64,000 bases of DNA from Klebsormidium nitens (lineage: Eukaryota; Plantae; Klebsormidiophyceae). The notes under the pieces are model-generated. The model was given only the letters and a program-made list of their open reading frames with translations. It was not told where the DNA came from and searched no databases. Location of the stretch: NCBI GenBank assembly GCA_000708835.1, contig DF237025.1, positions 172,959 through 236,958 of the forward strand, given 5' to 3'. Below, one piece after another: positions 36,701-48,046 of this stretch (positions within the stretch are counted from its first letter, which is position 1; every line of letters starts with the position of its first letter). Both the position numbers and the translations under genes were made by a program.

Positions 36701-39700
36701 TCCGTTCTTTCGTTCTTCCGTTTTCCCTCTGATCTCCGTAACCGTTCCGCTCAGGCGGCAGACCGCTCGCTGGGCCAGAGCGCGCTGGCCCGCCTCCACA
36801 CGCTGGTGACGGTCGGCCTGGTGGCGGGTCTCCTGTTGGGCGCGCTCGCGCTCGCGGCCTTCTTCTCATACGCTATCGTGATGGAGACCAAGACGGGCGT
36901 CGAGGGGCTGAACGAGCAGGTGCAGCAGCACGGCAGCAAGTTCGCAGACTCCATGGGCGTGACCAAGGTGGGTCTGGTTATGGAGTTTGAGTTTTAGAGC
37001 TTTAACCGGGTTTCAGGGTCTTACTGTCCGGGTTCCGAGGGGTTTCGTCCTTCCGAGGCAGTGACAAATCAGGTTGGCTGGAAGCGCATCCAGAGGCGGA
37101 AAGTGGACAGGGAGCGTGTTTGTTGCCTGGCTGCATGCACATCAAGTTTCATGAGTCCTGGCGGTCGTTTCAGATTAATTCGGTTTCCGGACGGCTCACT
37201 TGTTTGGAAGCGTTTGCCCATTCGGAAGCAGATTGGTAGTCAAGCACCGAAAGCGCTGTTCTCAGGAGCAAACCCCAGCCATTGGCGACGGCAGCTTTTG
37301 TGTTAGCTCAGCAAACACCTGCAAGCTAAGACGGAACCGGTCTATCTTCTTGCTGTTTCATTGTCACTGGCCAAGCTTCTTATTCGCATGCTCCCACCTG
37401 TCACCTCTTCAGACCAGCAAACGTACTCACCAACAAGAAGCTCGGACGCAATCCCTGTAGTCCTGTAACATCTAAGAAACTGCTCCGCTATTCCTGGTGG
37501 TGGAGGTGACTATTCCTCCGTCTCGTCCGCAGTGGCTGCAGGAGAATGACGTCCCGGGGCTCGTGAACCGGACGTACGAAAAGGTACTGGGGACCGCCAA
37601 GGAGCAGTTCGACGATCTGGTTGTGTAAGCTTTTTAACGCCGACGGCGTATTCTCCTCCCTCTTTTCTCAGGGGGCACACCTAAATCTTGCAACGTGCAG
37701 CAAACCTTGGATCCTTCCTCTCAGCTCCGTACCGATCATCGACCGCATCGTGCCCCTCCTTCTGTTCCTAAGAAATTTCTTGCTTTGGCCGGCCGTTATT
37801 GCTCCGCTTGAAGACGAGTCGCTGTATTATCTGCGAATTGTCGGATGGGGGAAAGAGCGCGGATGTCAGAAGCTCGATTAACTGGTTGTTTTATCATCAT
37901 GGTAGCACATTAAATTGCCTGGGGCGATCTCTTTGTGTCGCTCGACGTCGGCCAAAAACGTAATGGTTTCCTTGCGAGTCGATGACAGCGTGGCGTTGCT
38001 TGACCCGCTGACCTTCTTAGAAGTCTGCACCAAAATCCGGTGGATACCTCAACGCTTCCTCGACCTCTGACGCTGGCGTGGCCGCTGCTCACGACTTAAG
38101 AAGATTTCAACTCATGAAGAGTCAGCGCAATGAAGGAAGAGCAGAACTTGTTGTACATCTGGACCCAAATGCCACCTGCTCCACTGGCACATCCGCACAT
38201 ACCCTACCCCCCTCACAAACCTCAACCGTTCCAGGGCCTCGGCATTACCCTACGTTGCGCTTACACTTCGTATAGAATCGATCGCCAATATCGGCTAACC
38301 GAAACCTGATCTGCAGGCGGTACAACTTGACGGAGGTGGTGGACACTGTTCGCGACAGTTTGGATCTCTACTTTGCAAAGGGGGAGCAGGGCGAGGGCGC
38401 GGGGAACGGGACGCTCGTGGCGACCAGGCCCGCTTCGGAGTTAGCTGAACGAGTCCAGGTAATGCAAGACTTGTCGCCTTTTCTCTTCGCGCCACTTTGC
38501 AACAGCCGTGCTGGGGTTTGATTGGTGCTAATATGCTTTGAGATTCACATGCATTCGTGAAGTTGCGGATCTGCCAGAATCCCCGGATTGGTGGGATCCA
38601 ACTTCTCAGAACTTTTGCAGAAGTGCTGGAAAACCGAGCAGTGCTTTACCTTTACTTTGGACCTTTGCCAAATACAACCAGACCTGATCGCCCTTCTTCG
38701 CGACGGCCTAGAATGAAACAGGCAATCTGTCGTGATACCCACCGCCCAATTTCTTTAGGAGTTGAATTTTTTTGCCACTGCTCAGGAATCAATGCTGCCT
38801 CCCCCTGATTCTCGAGCCCTTTGTCCCCTTATGTGTCCCCTTATCTGGCCCCATATCTCTGAACTTCATCACACGTTTGAATCTAGGAATGGCACCGCGA
38901 CTGAGCAGCCTTCCCCTTTGCAGGTCATTAAAGCAAATCTCATCGCGTATCAGGTAAGGCCCCTCAGTAGCCTATGCTGATTTGGAGGCTATCCTAAAGG
39001 GCCGCGTATTTCCTGTATGTGACGGTCAGGAGAGCGACGGCCGTAAGACGTGTGTCATTTGCAGTCCTCCGCAGGCTGCGCTTTGATTCACCTCACATCA
39101 AAGCAGACAAATGGCTCTACTAAGACCAGTCTTTGTGACAGGTTTGCGATTGACCAGTCGGGAAATGAAGAGCTCATTGTACTTACATGGAGTCAGTCAG
39201 TAGTTTGTCTTGGACTTGCCCCTCGCTCTCCTTTCGTGACCTGTCTGAGCAGCGTTTTGCGTCCTTCTGGAATATCCGAATCACGAAAAACGTCTGTGGG
39301 GAGCCGTCTATCGCAAACGCCCTCGCTAGCGAGAAGCTGACAACACGTGGCAGATTGCCTACTGGTTGATGCAGTTTCACGACGCGGTACGAGAGATCCA
39401 AGCCGTCGTGGCTCTGGGGCCAGTGACCAAGCTGCCGGTGTCGGCAGGTGAGGAGAGCAGCAGATCTGGATCAATCGTTGTTTGAGAATCTCTTGTTGTC
39501 TGGCTCAAGTCTTCTTATAAGCATATTTGGAGCGCTTTCGCCTTCGAAACCTGAATGAGTCCAAAAAAGAAAACTGAATGAATGCCAATACTTTACGACG
39601 ATGAACACGTGTGACTCTTTACCGGTTTCGATAAGAACTTACGGTACCGGGCTCTCTTGAGTCCCGCTTCCAAATAGGTACTTGCTTGGACCAAAACGGT

Positions 39701-42700
39701 CCCCCTTCTTGGATCCTTTACAAACAAAATCCTGACACGTTTCACCAACTTAGAGTGTTTCATTCTGAGAATCTGAAGGGTGTAATGGACAGTCATTCGT
39801 TTCCCTAGGTTCTGGTTTCTATTGTTCCGTTTCTGTGCAACTTTCGCCCTGCGTGTTTGCTGTTGACTTCCAAAGTCCTAGTCTATCTTCGCCAGCGGTC
39901 TTTTTGTTAGAAGTTGAGGAGTCGTTTCGAAACCAGGCTTCGCTAAACCTCTAGTCGTTCCAGTGTACTCGATCCTTGTGATAATCCAATCTTACCACAC
40001 TCTCTTATCGATTGCGATGTCGCCTTGTTTTATGCTTGTCACAGAGAAACTGCGCGAGTACCTGCAAATCGCGCAGAGCACTGGCGCTGCCGCTCTCCGG
40101 CTCATTGTTGGACAGGGATCCAACATGCTCACGGGGTCAGTCTCCCGTCCTTCTCTTTCTCAAAAACAAAGCAGGCGACGCTTGCCAGAGGATAGGAACA
40201 ACGAGCGTCGTTTGCTGAGAGTTATATATTTTTTCTTTTGTTAAATGTTTAGCCGACTCTCTTCTAGCTTTGCACATGCTAATAGTAGAAGCGCTGATGC
40301 TTGTATAAGCGGTTTTTCGTCCGCTGTCTAGCAAAGTCACAGACTATATGCTGCAAACACATGAGGAGCGGAGGAGGGAGATGCGGCAGTGAAAGAGGCC
40401 AGGCAAAGCAAAACGCATTTCCGTCTAGTCCTCGAGCTGCAACAAGACCGAACCGCATCCTTCTGAAGAAGGCGGCGAGGTGACCGCACTCTGCGTTGCG
40501 ACCCGCGAGTCTATGAGACCGCAAATCCTACCGCTCTTATCAGAACAGATTACTATTATCAAGCTTCGATTTCGGTGTCCAAATACTGTGAACCCAAAGG
40601 CCTAGTTAAAGATACGCCACCAAAAGTCAAGAAACCTGAAATCCTCAAGTCCCCTTCGGTCGTGTGCAGCGGCGCGACGTTGTTCGTGACGAGCTTCCGT
40701 ATGGTCCTGAGCGGCGCGTTGGGCTTCGTCAACTTCACGCTCCAGGCCGGCTTCTTCCTTACCATCCTGTATGCGCTGCTGTCCGCGGGTGAGCGTCTCA
40801 TCTCGAAACCAATTCGGACAAACCCGTTTCTCCACTTTGGCAAAATTTGGGGGATACGGGTTTGGCGTCAATCGACAGCTGCTGGAATCCTTCAGTGTCC
40901 CATTTGTGGTCCGAATAGCCCTTTGAGTGTAGGGCTTTAACATTCCCTTATCCAAGCAATCAAAAGTACAAATTTTTTCATCAGTTCAAGGACGGCAATG
41001 AGCTGGCTTGAGTTCTGGCAACGCAAGACCTCACATGAAAAAACGAGCCGTGCTTTGCCTTTGCTGGTCGCAGAGGAGGGCGCCGCCTCGAGTCAGCTCC
41101 TGGGACTGCTCCCCGTCTCGGACAAGCAGAAAGCCAAGATCAGCGACGCGCTTTTCACGGCAGTAAGGCTCTCGTCTCTTGGGAAAACGAGCCCCCCGTT
41201 TCACCATGAGGCTGAGATGTTGCTGCGGTCAAAGTTGGGCATGTTTAGACGCGGAAGCGACCAATCGTTTCAGTAAATCTAAGCTCGACTGTGCGCCTCT
41301 GCTTAGGTTTAACGACGGACGACCTCTTTCCCTTTCGCCTAGAAAGGGCGCCCCAATCTCATCCGCCAAATAGAAACCTTCCCTTCGTCGGCCTTGCTAA
41401 GGGCTGCGCTTGCTGCTTCGTCCGATCCTGCCTCTCGTTCCTTAGCGTTTGCTTCTTCTCCATTTTCGCATCGACCGCGCTTCTCTCTAAACAATGATGA
41501 CCATCGTCCTGTTCTTGGTTACCGGGGCTTGAGAACAACCATCGGAACGTCTGAACCATTCCCAAGTCAGTTACTCGTAAGCCATTCGAGCCTGACAAGG
41601 TCGTACGCGCGCTGCCCGTGCAGATCAGCGGCGTGTTGTTGTGCTCCGTCAAGCTGGCCCTCTTCCAGACCGCCTTCACGTGGCTCCTCTTCCGGGCCTT
41701 CCACATCCACTTCCTGTGAGCCGCATCGCTCTTAGCGCTCTCCAAAAGGTCTCTGCGTGAGTCTTTTGCTGCATGAAAGTCAACAATAGGGGTCGATCGG
41801 CCGAGTCGGCTTCTCCTCGTTAGACGGAAGAGACATTCTCTTAGGGAGATCAAATGATTGGATTCCTTCAAAACGATGAAATTTTCTCCAGGACGAGGCA
41901 GAGACCTCTTGTCGGCAGTTCCGAGTTAGCGCACATTTCCTTCTTCCGGTACTACGGGTACGTCATCAAATCACATAGTGAATGAAGCGCTGGACGCAAG
42001 CCTGAGACGCTGTTCCCACTGTCGCTGAATCATCCGTCTCTAAATCCTCATTTCTAAATCCCTTTCTAAATCATACCGTTTCTGAACCATACCGTTTCTG
42101 GAACAGGTACACATGCACGTTGCTCGCTGGGTTAAACGCTGTGCTTCCGCTCTTGCCCAACTGGCTGGTGAGCTGCCTCTTCCTTCCTTACGCCGTGATT
42201 ACATGAAATCAGCGATTGCTGACCTTGAATCTCACGGAAAAATGCAGGCCCCCTCCTTCTCTGCGGGTCGAAACCCAGACAGCCATATGAGGAGTCGATG
42301 TTGACGGTCCAAATTCCGAAGGCAAAAGGCCAAGATTCGTTCTCGCGCATGATCTTCAGTTCTCACAAGAGGTGCCTCGCTACTGGTTGCTTCCCCGTTT
42401 GTCGCTTCTCAGTTGCTCCCTTTTCTGTGGCAGTCCTCTCTTCCCGCGGGGCTGCAACTAGTCGCCCGGGGAAATTACGTCGGGGGCGTCCTTCTTGTCG
42501 TTGCGCATAACCTGGTGAGCGGCGGCCGGAGTCAAGTACTAAAAATCATTACATACCTTCCTAGATCAGAATTTCAATCCCAGAAGCTCTGCTTCATAAA
42601 GCTCCACGATAGATTGTGGACTCTCCGTAACCTAGGGCCTGAAAGTCGTTACTCGCTGACGTTTCAATTGCAAATGTTCGTGTTTCTTGGAAGCTTCCGA

Positions 42701-44150
42701 ACACGTCACTTTGGCGCCAGTTTTTTTCGGAGATGACCGACTCCCCCCCGACTTCTCTCTCCCAGAAACATCTTCAAACCTGTCACTGTCACTGATTCTG
42801 CACGCCGAGCGCTACTTCTCGCAGACAAGCGGACGTGAGCGGCTCAGGTTCTGATCGTAAAAGCGCACCAGTATCGCCGCATCTGCTCTGAGCACGCATA
42901 AGCACACGGGTATTGTGCTCGTTAGCGGGCGTGCTCTCAATATCATCGTCACAAGTCCGCTTTGTACCGATTCGCGGACGCCTAGCCCTTATTTTGTCGT
43001 CCCTTCCTGAAGGCTTTCTTTAACATCAAAAAGTGCATATAGACCAAGTTCGTTGTAACGGACAGCATCTGAGACTGAGCCACGTGTCCGGCAAACTTTG
43101 AGACACGTGTCCGGCTGTGCAGATGTTGGGTCAAGGCTCGGACATCATTTACAGCGACACTGTCCGGGCTCCCAGCCATATCTGACGGGTGAGAGCAGCT
43201 AGGGCAGAACTCTGGACCGCGCCACCGGAACCAGGTTTTGCCGCAGCCTAATCAGCAGCAGCCGCTCTCGAAGTTTGGATCGTATTGAAAACCTGATTGT
43301 TTGATTGTGAAGCACGGACACTCGCTTCAAGGAGGGTTCGACTGCATCCACGTTGCAGTCACCAATTGAATAGAAACTTGCTCGTCCCTTCTCAATCGGG
43401 CGGCGTCTGATTGTCTTGGGCCTTCTAGATCTCGCTGCACCGCGAAGCAGCACCACTTGCGTTTTTCGACGAGCCCAAATAGCGGGCTTTTGGTGCAAGA
43501 AATTGCTGCAAATGTCCCCGAAAGATGCACCGGGAGAGAGTGCGTAGATGAGGAGCTGCAGCACAAGAAGGTGCAAGGAATGTTGAAAAGCTTAAGGACT
43601 GGCCGCTTTTCACGCCTTGCAGGCTTGAGCGTTGTGGGTGGGATGTCGGTCTTCAGCTCGCCGATCCAGGTAATGCAGAAAGTAACGATGGTGTCTAGCT
43701 TTTATCCGTTCCTTGGAATTCGAAATATTCCCCTCCTCTAGTGGTAATCATGAACAATCACCTGCCATCCACTACGGAACAGTCCCAAAGTTCTGCTTCA
43801 ACAGAAACGCTCCTTGACTTTCTTTGAGAATCTCATTACCGCGACCGCGAGCGCACGAGTACTGAGATTGTGCTTTGGTTCCGTCAGAACAGTCTCGCCG
43901 GCTCTGCATTGGGATATGATCTTCTGATGCAACACGCAGGCGGCCGTCGCATTCAGGGTCGCGTTGTCAGAATTTAAACAATTGTTCGCATCCGCAACAT
44001 GTTTAGTTGACGTCTACTTGCTCCTTCTGACAGAATCTTTTGTATTCTGCTCGACAGGGAGCGATCTTCGGGCCTTTGATTGTGACGATCTTTGTAGCGC
44101 TTCGCAACCTCTATTCCGAGTTCGTAGGCAATCTCGGAACTGGTGCGTGA
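33756..44150 (+). CDS. TMEM245/AI-2E-family multi-pass membrane protein (about 675 aa if repaired), with two apparent frameshifts; 18 exons: 33756-33832, 34462-34641, 35198-35463, 35883-36095, 36755-36967, 37533-37624, 38317-38458, 38924-38953, 39375-39447, 40045-40135, 40670-40788, 41074-41162, 41624-41715, 42107-42167, 42434-42514, 43123-43188, 43623-43669, 44058-44150
   Basis: Motifs DPYLRMAMYN, NDFLQPLLWAGLC, ISGVLLCSVKLALFQTAFTWLLFRAFHIHFLY, PYLTGLSVVGG, GAIFGPLIVTIFVALRNLYSEF match the recalled plant/animal TMEM245 family. All junctions are phase-consistent except exons 2 and 16. Confidence 0.82.
36440..36790 (+). repeat. Four tandem copies of the 3' splice site and start of TMEM245-like exon 5
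   Basis: CAG|GCGGCAGACCGC..CTGGGCCAGAGCG occurs with AG at 36559-60, 36638-39 and 36753-54 (the productive one), with a decayed copy at 36450-51. Confidence 0.9.
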
Positions 44151-45329
44151 CATCAAATTTCGAGTGCTTCCGACGCGGTAACCTGCATGCTCGATCGGGT
44201 AAACATGGCCGAATCTTACGAGACGGTCGAGGCGCATGGTAAGGTGCACTGCATGCGATCCTTTCATGCACATTGATGACCCATTGATGACAAGTTGTGT
44301 TTGCAAAATGCATCCCCTTATCCAGCCTCGTCCCTTCGAAACGAATGCAGCTGAAGCGAGGGACCTAGGCTAGGGACTCGAAGAGTACAATTCTATGTAA
44401 TTTTGGACCACATCCCCATACTGCATGCGACATGTCTGCAACCAACGCACAAGCGCAAGTCGTCTTCGTATTAGCTGACTTTCGTATAATGCACCGTACA
44501 TTTATGCTAGCCTCAAGCTCAGCATGATCCATAGCCAGCTGGGCCTTGCACTAAGCTTCCTTGACCGTGGTGTGTGAAGGCGGAGAGCTTGAAGAACTGG
44601 GACCAGCAGCTTCACGTGGAGAACGCCACTGATATGCAAAGTCAGCATGCACAATTAAGACCCATGGGCTCACGATACGCCAACACCGCATGATTGATGG
44701 GGGAAATGATTACTATACAGTTAGAGTCATTTGAACGTGACCAGACATGCACTTCAATGCAGCTGAAATCAATTGGCGTCTATTCAACCCCTGTGATTCA
44801 TATTCAACTTACGCATAGGACGCAAGGCCTGCCAGTGCTTTGAGCACCAGAGCAGCTAGCCGCCTATTTACGAGCGCCATGATCTGCTGGGAGACGAGAT
44901 TGCGTTCAGTTTACAAAGCTGGCTGTACTGTTGCAAATGCGAGCTGACCAGTCTGGAGTCTGGGTAGACGGTTTGAACGTTGCCAGATTTGCCAGGAGAG
45001 CAGAAACCAGGTTTCAACATAACCCGGCTTCTGAGTTTGAGCTTGAAAACCGTCAGCAGAACGTCGCCGGCGAGACGTTTGACACAGTCGCGTGACCTCG
45101 TGACCCAAACGAATGTCTGGGACGAGTATTCCGTAACTCCCGTTGCAAGCGATGGATGCCCCTGGTACGTTGACCAGCACCACAAGAAACGGGTTAAGGA
45201 ACCAGGCAACGACTCGGCCACCGTCTAGATTCAGAATCAGACTCAGAGCTCCAAAACTTGTGGCAAAAGTGCATCATTTCTTCAGCTGCTCAAATTTCGA
45301 GGGGGCGCCAATCGTGCTTGGCAGTGCAA

Positions 45330-46745
45330 ATGGCTTCTAAGAGGCAAAAACTGTCTGACAGCATGGAAGAAACTGCTCGAGAAGAGAGGAATGACGAAGT
45401 TGAGCCTGGAGTCAGCGGCAGCATTGTGCCTACAGGGCCCGCCTGCTATGATTTTGCTTTTGCGTACGGCAACCCCTGCTTCAGCGACAGGATTATGTGG
45501 CTTCGGAAGTTGGAGACATTTGTTGAAGAGCAGACGCTGGTGGAAGAGGACGTGCCGATCAACAGCGCCATTCTTGCGTCCAAGAGTTCAGTGTTTCTGA
45601 ACATGCTTTCCAGCGGCATGGCAGAGTCCGACAAAGATCGTCCAGTCATCATCAGGATGAGCAGCAATGACGAGAAGGGAGCTTTCCTGAGGATGCTGCG
45701 ATTTGTCTACACAGGCGAGATTACACTTTCGAGCCTCATTGGTAGGGATCGTGCAGAGGAGTTTTTGGAGCTGCTAGCGGTTGCCGACAAGTATGCGGTC
45801 AGCAGCTTGGTCAGCGCTGTCAGTGAGGTTTGGGAGAAGCTGCTCGACGATGTCGATGTGCTGCAATTTGCCGCTTTCTCTCTCCCTGAGACGTATACAT
45901 CGCTGTACCGAGAGGTGAAAAACCTGGAGGAAAAAGCTCAGGAAGCTCTCGTTCGGAGGTTCAAGGGTGTTGGCACCTGGGATGATCTGGAATTCATGAA
46001 AGTGGGCTTAGAGTCAGTCAGTTTTTTGCTGGGAAAGGAGGAGCTTGAAGCGGAATCAGAAGAGAAAGTCTTCGAGCAGACTCTAAAGTGGGTTAGAAAT
46101 ACTTTCAAGACCACTGAAGATCGGCAGACCGCCGTGTCGAAGCTGTGTGCACATCTGCGGTTTGCACAAATGTCGGCCGACTTTATCGAGACCCAAGTAG
46201 CAAATGCTCCCGAGATGGACTCTCTCCCCGCGCAACGTCTGATAAGAGAAGGTCTTGGTTTTGCTGCATCTTCCTTGTCGAGAAAGGCTTCGATGACGGA
46301 TAGCCGGTTTCAAAAGCGAGGAGGCTTTGATTTTAGGATTTATTTCAGAGCCCTCCTAGCCGAAGATGCTGAAGTGGAAAGCCAACAGGTGTCGCCTGCT
46401 ATTGTGAACCACAATTGGAAGTGGCACCTGATGGTGAAAAGGATGGACCGGGAAGAAGAACCAAGCACTGTTGGGCTCTTCTTGGGTGCATATGAGACCT
46501 ATGAGGAGCAATTTGCACAACATTCTCTCCGTGTTCAAATGAGCTTTTCTGCAAAGTCAGTGGCAGAAGGTGAATGGGTTTCACTTGAGAAGCCCCAACT
46601 GCACCTGTTTGAATCTGAGGAGAAAGACTGGGGTTATCCAAACATCTTTGGAGATTCTTGGGAAGCAATATGTAGCAACAAGAAGTGGGTGGGAGCATCT
46701 GGCGAGATCACCGTTAGGGTTGAGGCGACTATCTTGTCAAACTAA
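45330..46745 (+). CDS. Intronless BTB/POZ-BACK-MATH-like protein (POB1/LRB-related CUL3 adaptor family), about 471 aa
   Basis: Single ORF with FAFAYGNPCFSDR, INSAILASKSSVFLNMLSSGMAES (BTB), ADKYAV, ESEEKVFEQTLKWV and HLRF (BACK), and WHLMVKR...VGLFL...WGYPNIF (MATH-like). The ORF track starts at a GTG (45258); the first ATG is 45330. Confidence 0.85.
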   Translation: MASKRQKLSDSMEETAREERNDEVEPGVSGSIVPTGPACYDFAFAYGNPCFSDRIMWLRKLETFVEEQTLVEEDVPINSAILASKSSVFLNMLSSGMAESDKDRPVIIRMSSNDEKGAFLRMLRFVYTGEITLSSLIGRDRAEEFLELLAVADKYAVSSLVSAVSEVWEKLLDDVDVLQFAAFSLPETYTSLYREVKNLEEKAQEALVRRFKGVGTWDDLEFMKVGLESVSFLLGKEELEAESEEKVFEQTLKWVRNTFKTTEDRQTAVSKLCAHLRFAQMSADFIETQVANAPEMDSLPAQRLIREGLGFAASSLSRKASMTDSRFQKRGGFDFRIYFRALLAEDAEVESQQVSPAIVNHNWKWHLMVKRMDREEEPSTVGLFLGAYETYEEQFAQHSLRVQMSFSAKSVAEGEWVSLEKPQLHLFESEEKDWGYPNIFGDSWEAICSNKKWVGASGEITVRVEATILSN

Positions 46746-48046
46746 TATCTGAGTGAGGCCCTCAATCATTACTGCAACTTCCAGCAACTACGACATGAGT
46801 TACGAATCTCGCGCAAGTGCTGATCCAAGTGAGACATGACTCCGGCTATACACTTACTTAAAGCGGCATGGCGTAGCAAGGTGTACGGTTTGGGGCCATG
46901 GCTCTTCTTTGGGGCCTTCACAAAGTTCACAATTCCTAGCTGTGCTTCCAGCGTTGTGATACACTTATCTGCTGCGCGGACGGTGAGCATCGGTGCCAGT
47001 CGCTGGGTCGAGTTGCCTTCTCTAGTCCAAAAAGACAGAGAGTTTTTGTTGGCAGATTCAAATGGACGAATTTTCAAATTGCCAGAATATGCATGCTTGA
47101 ATCTCAACTGAAGCCCACATGAATCCTTGCATGGAGATGAAGTTCGAGACGGTCCACCCCCACATGCATGACGTGGCTGATTGTTGACAACTACATAGCG
47201 ACGGCCGCTTGCAATTGTATGGAGTTGCATGATTGGCGAGATCGCTTGAATGCTTCATCGACGGTCGGACCGTCTCAGTGTCCTAAATAGGTTGATCTTG
47301 AAGATGCGGTGCATTGTGTGCTGCATTTGACTCGCATTCATAGAAGCTGCAATGGCAGGGGCATGATCGACATCACAAACGTGTGATCGAGGGCAATGAT
47401 TCATCCTATATTCAGGTCGGAAGACGGTATGCATAAGGTGGAGTTGACATATTGTTTGCACGGCTCCTGATTACTTGAAGCCTGCTTTCCCGAAGATCCG
47501 TCTAAAATTGAACATGGTTGAGAGCCTTCAAACAGTCATGGCTTCTCAATATCGCTAAACAAGAGTGATATCACAAAGCCACGACGGGAGTTACCTACCA
47601 CGGAGTTATGAGCCGCATTAATCTACCCAAAACCGGATCCTCGTGCAACTTACTGACCGTAATCCCGCTAGTGCGACCAACACATGTCGTGATGGCTGCT
47701 TGATGTACAAACTCATTTCTTACCTACCTCACTGAGCGATTTCGCCTACCTACCTGACTGAGTGATTTCTGGTTTCTGGCAGAAGTTTTCTCATCTTAGA
47801 CCCTCAGGAACTTAGGGAGAACACAAAGCAACCATCTTGTAAGACGAAACGAGCGCGCCTGTACCGCACAGTGGGCCCTTTCAGCCCCATTGCATAACCG
47901 AGACTTGATCATGGTCATGCAGAGCGCTCCCGTCGCGTCTTCTCTACCGATTACCTTAAAGTAGGCGTGGTTCGTGATCGAGCTAGGTACCGGTAGCTAA
48001 GCTTGCGCTGATTCGAGTGTAGGTTCTGCCGTTGCTTTTCGTCTGG

